DNA of 64,000 bases from Trueperaceae bacterium (GCA_965213705.1 OZ243913.1:1824001-1888000), one strand, 5' to 3'; positions 37,995 through 46,669 are shown, counted from the stretch's first letter. Numbers and translations are program-made. Notes: a model not told the origin generated them from the sequence alone.

Positions 37995-38672
37995 TTAGGC
38001 AAGAGTCAGCACCTCTCCGGCTTTCATGACGACGCATTCGGCGTCGGTCGCGGCCTCGACAGCTCTTTTGAAACTTTGCGGGTCTTGCTCGATAGGCCCA
38101 AAGGTGTTGTAGTGAATCGGCACAACCTGTTTGGGTTTGAGCAGTTTGACGGCTTCCACAGCGTCTTCCGGACCCATCGTAAAGTTGCTGCCGATGGGCA
38201 GAAGCGCCAGGTCGAGGCCGCCCCGTCCGACGAGCGCCATGTCGCTAAAGAGCGCCGTGTCGCCGGCGTGGTAGACGCGCTTGCCGCCACTCTCTATGAC
38301 CACGCCCATCGGCATCCCGCCGTAGGTGCCGTCGGGGAAAGAACTCGAGTGCCAGGCCGGGGTGAAGTTGACTCGCCCGAACTCAAACTCGGTCGGGCCG
38401 CCGGGGTTCATGGGGTGGCCCTCCACACCTTGCTTGCTTAAGTAGTTGACGATTTCAAAGCTCGAGACGACCTTGGCACCCGTTCTTTTGGCGATGTCGA
38501 CCGTGTCGCCCAGGTGGTCGCCGTGGGCGTGGGTGAGGAGGATGTAGGACGGCGTCAAACTTTCAGGCGCAACCTCGGTGTGCGGGTTGTCGCTGATAAA
38601 CGGGTCGATGAGCAGGCTGTGGCCGCCGGTCTCCACTTGAAAAGCCGAGTGACCGTAGTAGGTAAGCTTCAT
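37995..38672 (-). CDS. Metallo-beta-lactamase-fold hydrolase (UPF0173-like)
   Basis: GHSAF, IDPF, THAHGDH, AWHSS, HAGDT and PIHYNTF motifs. Confidence 0.9.
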   Translation of the reverse strand: MKLTYYGHSAFQVETGGHSLLIDPFISDNPHTEVAPESLTPSYILLTHAHGDHLGDTVDIAKRTGAKVVSSFEIVNYLSKQGVEGHPMNPGGPTEFEFGRVNFTPAWHSSSFPDGTYGGMPMGVVIESGGKRVYHAGDTALFSDMALVGRGGLDLALLPIGSNFTMGPEDAVEAVKLLKPKQVVPIHYNTFGPIEQDPQSFKRAVEAATDAECVVMKAGEVLTLA

Positions 38673-38817
38673 GGGGCGTCTCCTTCGCGTATCCAGAGCT
38701 TATCACGAGCGCGCAACGGTTTAGAAAGCGTTTCAACACAGGCTCGCCGCGGCCGGCAAGCCTCCTGCGAGGTGGGTCGGTTCTGCTGCCGGAGTGCGCC
38801 TCGCCGAGACGGGTTCG

Positions 38818-38973
38818 TCAGGAGCGGTTGTGGCGCTGCCGCCGCTCACGCTCGATACGCTCGAGCAGTTTTTCGGCCGGGGGTCGCCGAAGCGCTTCTT
38901 CCGCCACGCGCTCCGCTCGCTTTTGGGCGTGCCGCTTGGCCTGCTTCGCTTTTCTTTTGCTCGTTTTCGCCAT
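38818..38973 (-). CDS. Small basic hypothetical protein
   Basis: MAKTSKRKAKQAKRHAQKRAERVAEEALRRPPAEKLLERIERERRQRHNRS; -10-like box just upstream. Confidence 0.5.
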   Translation of the reverse strand: MAKTSKRKAKQAKRHAQKRAERVAEEALRRPPAEKLLERIERERRQRHNRS

Positions 38974-39037
38974 ACCCGTCAAGGTTATAGGACGTCGGCA
39001 CTTCGTCTTGTAAGCCGGCTTTGGATACTGCACTGCT

Positions 39038-39111
39038 GCAAATTTCACCCGCAAATTTCACCCGCAAACTTTACCCGCAAACTTCACCCGCAAACTTCAC
39101 CCACGAACTTT
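39038..39111. repeat. Tandem 13-mer GCAAAYTTCACCC, five copies plus a partial
   Basis: Units start at 39038, 39051, 39064, 39077 and 39090. Confidence 0.9.
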
Positions 39112-39270
39112 GTCCGGCGAGACCGAAAAGCAGTTTCGCTCACGCCGCTGAGGCACCGACCGTGAACTCGTATGAAGGCCCGAGGCTTGTGTGTCGCGGG
39201 TGGGTCGGGTATTGTCGAGTGTGAAGTTTTACACAGAAGCTTCGCTCATTTCACTTTAGGAGGCGCGTTC

Positions 39271-40026
39271 ATGCACAAACTTTTCATCCTCTTGTTGGCC
39301 CTTACGTTCTCTCTCGGCTTCGCGCAAGACTTGGGCGGCCGTACCATCACGGTCGGGTCGGACACGACGTATCCGCCTTTCGAAACGGTCAACGACGCCA
39401 ACGAAATCGTCGGCTTCGACGTAGACGTCGTCAGCGCGGTTTGCGAAAAAATCAACTGCATACCGGAATTCAAAACCTACGCTTGGGACGGCATCGTCGC
39501 GGCCATCGGCGCGGGCTCGTTCACGGACTTCGACATGGTCGCCTCGGGCGTGTCCATTACGCCGGAGCGCGACGAAACGGCCGACTTTAGCGAGCCTTAC
39601 CTCGTCGTCAACCAGGCCATCACCACGCGCGTCGAGGACGAAGCGCTCACCGAGGCCGACTTTGGGGCTACGGACGGCGAGCTGCTGTTAGGCGCCCAAC
39701 TCGGCACCACCAACGCCGACCTTGGCCGCGACCTCGTCGGCGACGACCGCCTGCGCACCTACGACGACTTCAACAGCGCGGTCTTGGCCCTGCTGCAAGG
39801 CGACGTCGACGGCGTCATTATCGACGGCGTCACGGCCGACGCTTTCGCCAACCAGTACGCGGGCGAACTCGTCGTCAACATCACCGGACTGAGCAACGAC
39901 CCACTCGGCTTTGTGTTTCAACCGGGCGACGAACTTATCGACGCGTTCAACGCGGGCCTCGAGCAAATCAAAGCGGACGGCACCCTGGACGCCCTCACCG
40001 AAAAATGGTTCGGCGCGGCCGAGTAA
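39271..40026 (+). CDS. Polar amino-acid ABC transporter substrate-binding protein (family 3)
   Basis: AGGAGG RBS, signal peptide, YPPFE, GFDVD, ITPER and FSEPY motifs. Confidence 0.92.
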   Translation: MHKLFILLLALTFSLGFAQDLGGRTITVGSDTTYPPFETVNDANEIVGFDVDVVSAVCEKINCIPEFKTYAWDGIVAAIGAGSFTDFDMVASGVSITPERDETADFSEPYLVVNQAITTRVEDEALTEADFGATDGELLLGAQLGTTNADLGRDLVGDDRLRTYDDFNSAVLALLQGDVDGVIIDGVTADAFANQYAGELVVNITGLSNDPLGFVFQPGDELIDAFNAGLEQIKADGTLDALTEKWFGAAE

Positions 40027-40087
40027 CCCGAGTTCCGGACCGACTTTTTCGGTTTGCCAAACCTTTCAGGACGAAAAAATAACCTGC

Positions 40088-40156
40088 AAAAAAAAGGCGT
40101 GCGGCCTCCCAACCGCACGCCTCCTTGCACTTGCAGGTACTCCCGTACTCTTCCTT
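40088..40156 (-). ncRNA. Candidate sRNA A (about 69 nt, GGA/GGGAGG-rich)
   Basis: GTGACA-17-TATGCT promoter (40191-40163); 10-bp terminator stem with loop UUGGGAGG and U8 tail; no ORF. Confidence 0.65.
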
Positions 40157-40256
40157 AGCTTCAGCATACAACACCTAGTGGTTTATGTCACTAGCAGATG
40201 CCTCACCTGGCCCTTAACTTGTTGCTTTTAAGTTTCGCCGCCGGGGCTCGAGCGGC

Positions 40257-40334
40257 AAAAAAAGGGTTTCGCGAGGGAGGGCGCGAAACCTGGGGAAGAG
40301 GGGGAGGTAATTGGGAGGTTTACCTCGCGTCCAC
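40257..40334 (-). ncRNA. Candidate sRNA B (about 78 nt, CCUCCC loops)
   Basis: TATCCT -10 (40346-40341); hairpin GAGGUAA-ACCUCCCAA-UUACCUC, C-rich linker, terminator with CCCUCCCU loop and U7 tail. Confidence 0.65.
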
Positions 40335-40744
40335 GGGCTGAGGATAGCGGCGAGCGTCTTACAGAAAACTTACTCGGGCCAAGGTGTAAAAAACCTTACA
40401 GGGGCGGTACGCGCTTGCTGCGGCATGGTTTGTGGTGTGATTTATAGTGCGGTTTGCAACGGCCCTTCCTCGACTTTACCGAGGCAAAAACACTTTTGAC
40501 GTTTTCAAAAGGGGGTGGCCCTTTGGGCCGGGGAACCTCAAACGCGGCTCTCACGAGAACGTCTCAATCCCTCAGCGGAACTGTTGCAGGTTTCCGGACG
40601 GTGAAGTGTGCAAGCGCTCACCCGCCGAAAACCCCGTTTCGGTGACAAGCTTTGTTGACGCCGGCCGTTTTGCCGCCGGTTGTTTACATGTCCCGTTATT
40701 CCCTCGGCGAGGGCCGGCTCGAGCTGGAGGAGGCTGCCTTCAAC

Positions 40745-41905
40745 CTAACCGCCCGCCCGCTCGCCTACCCGCCGCTCGCGCAGTTCGGTCGAAGAGATGT
40801 CCGCGCGAAAGGCCGTCTCGGGCAGTTCTTCGAACAGGTCCCGGTAACGTGGCGGCAAGTTCAGGGTGCGTAACGTTTCGAAACCGGCCGTGCCCCGCCG
40901 GCCAGCCACCAGAAACCGCGCCCCGCGCCGCCGCAGACCGTCCAGGGCGGCGTGAAGCGCGGCGGGGTCGTTGCTGTAAAAGCGTGGCGCAACCAAGCGC
41001 GCGGCGGTGTCGGCACCGACGACGAACACCGTGTTCGGAAACAGCTCGGCCTTGGCGCTGAACAGGGGGGCGCGGCTGAGTACGATAGGGCCTGAGCCCG
41101 CAAACTGCAGGGCGCGCCGCCGCGCCTCGGCCGGGTCGATGGCGGCTTTGTCGGCGTTGACGAGCGGCAACTCGAAAAAAACCGGCTGCCCCAAGTGTTC
41201 CTGGGCAACCCGGGCGAGCGCGCGGTGACCGTCGTGCAGCGGGTTGAACGAGCCCGACAACAGCGCCGCGCCGCCCAACCCCTCGCCCAGTGCCCCGTCC
41301 GTTTGTAGACGCCCGTCGGGATGAATGGCGAGCCAGTCGAGACCGCCTGCGGCGAGTTGTGCCAAAGCCGGGACTGGTCGGTAGCCCTGCTCGAGCTGCT
41401 CACTCGCCGCCAACGGCAGCTCGGAAAAAACGATGCCGCAAGCCTCGGCGACGGCCTTGAGAATGACGAGGCTTACCAACTCTTCTTCGCCGGCCCGGTC
41501 GCGCAAGCCTTTCGCCAGGGTGAGGCGGTAGGTGACGGTGCCGAGCGCGTCCTGCACGGCCACGGCGCAACGGTGCTCGCCCCGTTTGGCGCGGTCGGTG
41601 GCGATGGTCGCCGTCGCGCCGAGACCGAACACGGGAAACTGCGGCCCCAACACGCTCGCCCGGGCCCGCGCGGTCGCGGCCAGCGCCTTGGCGACCTTGA
41701 CCGACGTAAACCGTTGCGGGGTGAACCCCACCGCTTCGACGAGCGACCCGGGGCTGTAGCGGTCGGTCGCCTCCAGCACGGTGCGCGACGAGCCGCCGAC
41801 GCTGTGCAACCACATCAGCGCTTGCGAGCCCGCACCTGCAAAGTTCATCACCATGCGGTGCGGAGTGGCGTGGATGCGCTCGAGCTGCGCCGCGATGGCC
41901 GTCAT
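40745..41905 (-). CDS. CinA-like domain fused to an HxGH nucleotidyltransferase (NadD/NMNAT-like)
   Basis: N-terminal GGSSRTVLEA...ATDRAKRGEH; C-terminal SGSFNPLHDGH, VGADT and DISSTELR. Confidence 0.75.
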   Translation of the reverse strand: MTAIAAQLERIHATPHRMVMNFAGAGSQALMWLHSVGGSSRTVLEATDRYSPGSLVEAVGFTPQRFTSVKVAKALAATARARASVLGPQFPVFGLGATATIATDRAKRGEHRCAVAVQDALGTVTYRLTLAKGLRDRAGEEELVSLVILKAVAEACGIVFSELPLAASEQLEQGYRPVPALAQLAAGGLDWLAIHPDGRLQTDGALGEGLGGAALLSGSFNPLHDGHRALARVAQEHLGQPVFFELPLVNADKAAIDPAEARRRALQFAGSGPIVLSRAPLFSAKAELFPNTVFVVGADTAARLVAPRFYSNDPAALHAALDGLRRRGARFLVAGRRGTAGFETLRTLNLPPRYRDLFEELPETAFRADISSTELRERRVGERAGG

Positions 41906-41954
41906 GAGGCTCTACTTTACCTGGAAGCTCGGCGGCTGTGTAAAAGTCCAGGTG

Positions 41955-42075
41955 ATACGGATTCCGATAATACATCTGTCAAACTCGGCAGAGGTTTTTA
42001 GGTTCCTTATCGGAATCCGTACTTGTTTCTTCTCGCCCTGCTCGCATTTGATTCCCTCGGAATTAAACAGGAAGA
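41955..42075. repeat. Deinococcus-type small non-coding repeat (SRE/SNR-like)
   Basis: Perfect 15-bp inverted repeat tacggattccgataa (41956-41970) / ttatcggaatccgta (42007-42021), then a ttctcgc..ctcg tail. Confidence 0.65.
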
Positions 42076-42224
42076 TATAATAAGGACAGCAAAAAAGTTT
42101 GGTTAGGTATTGGGGAGGTCCAACCCCACGTCAAAAAGGGTTCAACCGGAGAAACGAACGGATTTTTTGTCGGCGTCAAGGCGTCTGTCCAAGCCCAGGA
42201 AACGCCCTCGGCCCTCAACATGAG

Positions 42225-42650
42225 CTAACTCTTCGCTTGCCAGCGCGCCTGCTCCAAAACCATGTAGGTTGCGGTGCCGTGCGCGACGAGGTTTTCGGCC
42301 TCGTCCGTGACGCGGCACTCGCCGAAGACGATTGTCTTGCCGCGTCTCACGAGTGCCGCGCGGGCGCTCAAAATGCCGCTTACGGCGGGGCGGGAATACA
42401 TCACTTGCAAGTCGACCGTTGTGGTCGCTTCGCCCTCGTTCAGCGTCGACTGCACCGCCACGCCGACCGCGCCGTCGATGAGGCTCGCCAACGCGCCGCC
42501 GTGGACGACGCCGTAGAGCTGCAACAGGTCTTCGCGCAAGCGCATCGTTACAAGCGACGTGCCGTTTTCGGCGGCCTCGACCTTCATGCCCAACAGCTGC
42601 CAGAACGGTCCCTGCTCGACCGCTCGAGCGCGCCCGCTCACTTCAGCCAC
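42225..42650 (-). CDS. PaaI-family thioesterase
   Basis: GVVHGGALASLID and TVDL...Y.RPA hotdog-fold motifs. Confidence 0.9.
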   Translation of the reverse strand: MAEVSGRARAVEQGPFWQLLGMKVEAAENGTSLVTMRLREDLLQLYGVVHGGALASLIDGAVGVAVQSTLNEGEATTTVDLQVMYSRPAVSGILSARAALVRRGKTIVFGECRVTDEAENLVAHGTATYMVLEQARWQAKS

Positions 42651-42838
42651 AGTTGCGCCTCAGCCACAGTTGCCTCTCAAACACAGTTGCGCTCCAAATA
42701 AGTCACACCTCAAACAACGGTCCTGCTTTGGCGACGGAATCGACCTCGAGCCCAGTCTCACCTCAAACATAGTTTCACCCTGAGCACAGTCTCACCTCAA
42801 GCCCAGTCTCACTTCAAGCCCAGTCTCACCTCAAGCAC
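42644..42838. repeat. Degenerate tandem 17-mer array (consensus CAAGCMCAGTCTCACCT, about 9-10 copies)
   Basis: Units at 42644, 42661, 42678, 42695, 42747, 42764, 42781, 42798 and 42815. Confidence 0.85.
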
Positions 42839-44075
42839 GCACAGCCCTCAGGCTGCGCCCGTCGCCGAACGCGTACCAGAGCAGTAGACACAACAACAGC
42901 GCCGAGAGCGCCACCCCGAGCAAACTCAGCGCGCCGTAGCCCGCGGTTGCCAGCACGAGGCCGCTCGCCACGCTGCTCGCCGCCGCCACCAGCCCGATGA
43001 GAAGGTCGTTGACGCCCTGCGTACGCGCTTTTTCTGCCGGCGAGAGGTTGTCGGACAGCAGCGTCGAGCCGCCCACGTAGCAAAAGTTCCAACCCAGACC
43101 GAGCAAAAAGAGGGCCAGCGCGAGCGGTGCGAAAGCGGTCGAGAGCGGCGCGACGAGACAGGCGGCAATCAGGACAACCGCACCCGACACCACCACCTGC
43201 TTGCGTCCCCAGCGGTCGATGAGCCAGCCCGTCACCACCGAAAACGCGAACATCCCAAAGGTGTGCGCCGAAAACGCGAGCGAGATGGTATGCAGGGGGT
43301 GGTCGTGCTGCTTCATGTGGAGCGCTGTTATGCCCATGAGCATGACCATGACGGCGTACCCCAAAATCATCGCAGCCATCGCGGCGACGACGGCGGGTTG
43401 TCGGAACAAGACGCCCAAGGGTCGGGCCGCGCCGGCGTCGAACTCCGGCTGGGGGTGGGCCTTGGCGACCTCGAGCGCTACCTGTGCGGGTTCGGGCTTC
43501 AAAAACAAAGCCAGCACCAGCGCCGCGGCGGCGAACAGCACAAACGTCGCGGCGTACGGTCCTGCGAGTTCGTTCGCGCCAAGACCGGTTGCGACGCCGC
43601 CCGAAAACCCGACCAGCGTCGGCCCGACGACCGACCCAACCGTGCCGCCCAACACCACCAGCGCTACCGCCCGGCCCCGCCGCGCGGGTGGGTTGACCTC
43701 GGCGGCGGCGAAGCGCCCCAAGTTGAACGAGGCCTGCGCCGAAGCCATCAGCGCCAAACTCAGCAGCAAAAACACGAACGAACCCTGCAACACCGACGCC
43801 ACGGCCAAAAAGGCCCCCACCGAGCCGGTCGCCACGCCGAGCGCCAAACCGCTACGCCGCCCCAGGCGGTCGGACAGCAAGCTCCAGCCCAGCGCGGAAA
43901 ACGCCCCGCCGAGCTGGCCCACGCTGGCAGGCAAACCAGCCAGGGCCGTGTGCCCACTCAACTCCGCCCCGATAATCGAGGCGACCGTCGCGGTGGCGAT
44001 GGTACCCGCCGAGCCCAAACTTTGCACGGCGAGCAGCGTCGTGGTGATGTGCCGAGAGGCGCGCGGGAGCGTCAT
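42831..44075 (-). CDS. MFS transporter
   Basis: SDRLGRR and IDRWGRK motif A, RFAAAE, H..GMF and LGLGWNF; about 12 TM segments. Confidence 0.9.
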   Translation of the reverse strand: MTLPRASRHITTTLLAVQSLGSAGTIATATVASIIGAELSGHTALAGLPASVGQLGGAFSALGWSLLSDRLGRRSGLALGVATGSVGAFLAVASVLQGSFVFLLLSLALMASAQASFNLGRFAAAEVNPPARRGRAVALVVLGGTVGSVVGPTLVGFSGGVATGLGANELAGPYAATFVLFAAAALVLALFLKPEPAQVALEVAKAHPQPEFDAGAARPLGVLFRQPAVVAAMAAMILGYAVMVMLMGITALHMKQHDHPLHTISLAFSAHTFGMFAFSVVTGWLIDRWGRKQVVVSGAVVLIAACLVAPLSTAFAPLALALFLLGLGWNFCYVGGSTLLSDNLSPAEKARTQGVNDLLIGLVAAASSVASGLVLATAGYGALSLLGVALSALLLCLLLWYAFGDGRSLRAVRA

Positions 44076-44193
44076 GAAGCTCGAGTTTAACGTATTTGAG
44101 GGAACTCGAGCCGCAGACAAAACGCCTCGAGTAAACGCTTTTTCGAAAACCCGAGGTATAGTTCGACAGAACCGCACTCGAGAGGTGACAGCC

Positions 44194-44616
44194 TTGAAAC
44201 AAGCAATCGTCCACATCGCCCTAGTGGTGCGGGATTACGACGAAGCCGTAGCGTTTTACACGCAAAAACTTCACTTCACGCTTGTCGAGGACAGCTACCA
44301 ACCCGAACAGGACAAACGTTGGGTCGTCGTTTCGCCGCCCGGCTCCGGCGGCACGAACCTTTTACTCGCCAGGGCCTCACGGCCCGAGCAGGAAGTGTGC
44401 ATCGGCAACCAGGCCGGGGGCCGGGTCTTTTTGTTTCTGAGCACCGACGACTTTTGGCGAGACTACAACGATATGGTGGCGAGGGGCGTCAGGTTCGTAA
44501 GGGAACCCAAACGGGCTGATTACGGCACCGTCGCCGTTTTCGAAGACCTGTACGGCAACTTGTGGGACCTGCTCGAGTTCGTTCCCGAACATCCGCTGGC
44601 CTACCCCGCCACCTAG
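44194..44616 (+). CDS. VOC/glyoxalase-family protein
   Basis: GAGGTG RBS then TTG; HIALVVRDYDEA..FY, GNQAGGRV and FEDLYGNLWDL. Confidence 0.9.
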   Translation: MKQAIVHIALVVRDYDEAVAFYTQKLHFTLVEDSYQPEQDKRWVVVSPPGSGGTNLLLARASRPEQEVCIGNQAGGRVFLFLSTDDFWRDYNDMVARGVRFVREPKRADYGTVAVFEDLYGNLWDLLEFVPEHPLAYPAT

Positions 44617-44639
44617 TCCCACCTGCGTTGGAGGAACTT

Positions 44640-45054
44640 GTGATTATCGGCAAGTTTTCAGACCTCGAGGCGTTCGAAATGACCTCCGAAATGACGTCGG
44701 GGTCGGGTGAAAAGCTGAGCTTGACCCGCTCACTGTCCGACTTTGCAGGCATTCAGACCCTACTCGTTCACCACGAGGTTTTGCTGCCTGGCAGACGCCT
44801 CGGGGCCTCACTTTCACTCGACCAAGGAAGAGATTTTTGTAGTGCTCTCCGGTACGCCCTCCGTATGGGTTGACGGGGAAGTTGTCGCACTCGAGCCGGG
44901 TGATTTTGTGGGCTTTAACAACCGGGACAACCGAGCACACATGCTCGTCAACCGTTCAGGCGAGCCGGCCGTCATCTTGACCATCGGGACGAATCCGGAA
45001 GACGACGAGACCACGTTCGTGACGCTCGACGGCGCCCAAGCGTTCGAACCGTAA
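44640..45054 (+). pseudogene. Cupin-domain protein, frameshifted near 44796
   Basis: GGAGG RBS; ...VHHEVLLPGR, then in a shifted frame ASGPHFHSTKEEIFVVLSG...PGDFVGF...AHMLVNRS. Confidence 0.8.
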
Positions 45055-45113
45055 AGCGTTCGGACCGTAAAGCCTGGAGCGGTTGTCGCAGCGTTTCCGG
45101 GTGACAATAGGGC

Positions 45114-46628
45114 ATGAACCTTTACACGGCCGAACAGATGCGCACCGCCGACAAAGCGGCGGCGCAGGCGGGTATCGCCCTGCAGCTTCTCATGGAGACG
45201 GCGGGCCGCGCCGTAGCAGACGCGGCCTCGCGCCACTGGCCCACCGCACAGCGCTTTTTGGTTCTGTGCGGCAAAGGCAACAACGGCGGCGACGGTTACG
45301 TGGCGGCGCGGCTACTGCACCTTGCGGGCAAAAACGTCACGGTGCTCGAGCAAGCTACTTCACAAGGTGCGATGACCACGAATGAGGGCCGCGCGGCGCG
45401 GCAAGCCTGGCTGGCTTTGGGCTCGAGCCACACACTCAGCTTGCAAAGCTTGCAAGCGGGTTTGAACCGAACCGAGGTCGTTGTCGACGCGCTTTTCGGC
45501 AGCGGACTGTCACGGGCGCTCGAGGGTGAGCTGGCGAACATCGTCGAGACCGTCAACCGCTCCAGCGTGCTCGTCTTGAGCGTCGACGTGCCGAGCGGTG
45601 TGAACGCGGACGTGCCCGCCCTTACCGGCCCTCACATCCAAGCGGCGCGCACCGTGCAACTGGCCGGGCCTAAACTTGCCAGTGCGTTTTTCCCGGCGAA
45701 AGAAGCGTTTGGTACGTGGGAAGTCGCCGACATCGGGATTCCGGCAGGGTTGTTGACCGAACAGTCCGAGGTTGGTCTGCTGGACGACGAGACGGTGAGA
45801 ACGTGGCTGCCGACGCGGGCCGCGGACGCGCACAAGTACACGGCCGGGACGGTGTTGGTCGTGGCGGGTTCACAGCGTTACCTCGGCGCGGCGGAACTCG
45901 CGGCGCGCGGGGCGTACCGCGCCGGGGCCGGACTTGTCACGCTCGCGGCTGAAGGCCGCTTGCCGAACAGTTGGCCGGAAATCATCTTCGAGACGCTTGC
46001 CTGGGACGACAAGCCGCTCGAGACCCTCGCCTCGTTGGGCGAAAAACGCGCCCAAACTCGTGTCGTCGGTCCGGGTTTGGACGAAGGCGCAAGCGAATTT
46101 CTGCCCGAACTTATCAGTCAGAGCGGCGTCCCGACCGTCCTCGACGCCGGAGCACTCACCGGGGGCGACGCCTGGCACTCAGCCGTCAAAAAACACGGCC
46201 GCTGCGTCCTCACGCCGCACGCGGGCGAGGCGGCGAAGCTGCTGGGCACAAGCTCTAACCAGATAGGTGAGAAGCCGCTCGAGACGGCTCGCACCCTCGC
46301 CGACACCTTCGGCGCGGTCGCCGTGCTCAAGGGCGCGACGACTGTCATCGCCGAGCCGGGAGGCCGCGTGTTGGTCAGCGCCACCGGCCACGCCGGCATG
46401 GCGACCGGCGGCTCGGGCGACGTGCTCGCGGGCATGATAGGCGCGTGGTTGGCGACCGCGGACGACCTCCTAACTCGCGCCGCCGCCGCCGTCTACGTCC
46501 ACGGTTTGGCGGGCGAGTCGGCGGCGCGACAGTACGGGGACGGGCTTTTGGCGGGCGACCTGGTCAACGCCTTTCCCAAAGCTTGGCTGAGGTTGGGTGA
46601 AAGTACCGAGTACCGAGTCCGGAGTTGA
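45114..46628 (+). CDS. nnr: Bifunctional NAD(P)HX epimerase/dehydratase
   Basis: LMETAG, GKGNNGGDG, DALFGSG, TPHAGE, LKG and ATGGSGDVLAG motifs. Confidence 0.93.
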   Translation: MNLYTAEQMRTADKAAAQAGIALQLLMETAGRAVADAASRHWPTAQRFLVLCGKGNNGGDGYVAARLLHLAGKNVTVLEQATSQGAMTTNEGRAARQAWLALGSSHTLSLQSLQAGLNRTEVVVDALFGSGLSRALEGELANIVETVNRSSVLVLSVDVPSGVNADVPALTGPHIQAARTVQLAGPKLASAFFPAKEAFGTWEVADIGIPAGLLTEQSEVGLLDDETVRTWLPTRAADAHKYTAGTVLVVAGSQRYLGAAELAARGAYRAGAGLVTLAAEGRLPNSWPEIIFETLAWDDKPLETLASLGEKRAQTRVVGPGLDEGASEFLPELISQSGVPTVLDAGALTGGDAWHSAVKKHGRCVLTPHAGEAAKLLGTSSNQIGEKPLETARTLADTFGAVAVLKGATTVIAEPGGRVLVSATGHAGMATGGSGDVLAGMIGAWLATADDLLTRAAAAVYVHGLAGESAARQYGDGLLAGDLVNAFPKAWLRLGESTEYRVRS

Positions 46629-46669
46629 AAGTGGTTTACTCGGTACTTTCAACTCGGTCCTCGGTACTG
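46600..46669. repeat. 7-nt periodic inverted repeat (AAAGTAC/CGAGTAC family)
   Basis: agtaccgagtccggagttgaaagt pairs with actttcaactcggtcctcggtact; overlaps the nnr stop. Confidence 0.8.

Noticed and set aside
39038..39111. CRISPR array or plasmid iterons
   Set aside because: 13-bp head-to-tail units without spacers; no rep gene nearby.
40447..40873. ORFs or pseudogene upstream of the sRNA pair
   Set aside because: No recognisable family, and they partly overlap the convergent gene.
42644..42838. CRISPR array
   Set aside because: The 17-bp units are directly tandem and degenerate, with no unique spacers and no cas genes.
43201..44616. 471-aa ORF from the track
   Set aside because: It is mostly the antisense shadow of the MFS gene; only 44194-44616 (VOC protein with RBS) is credible.
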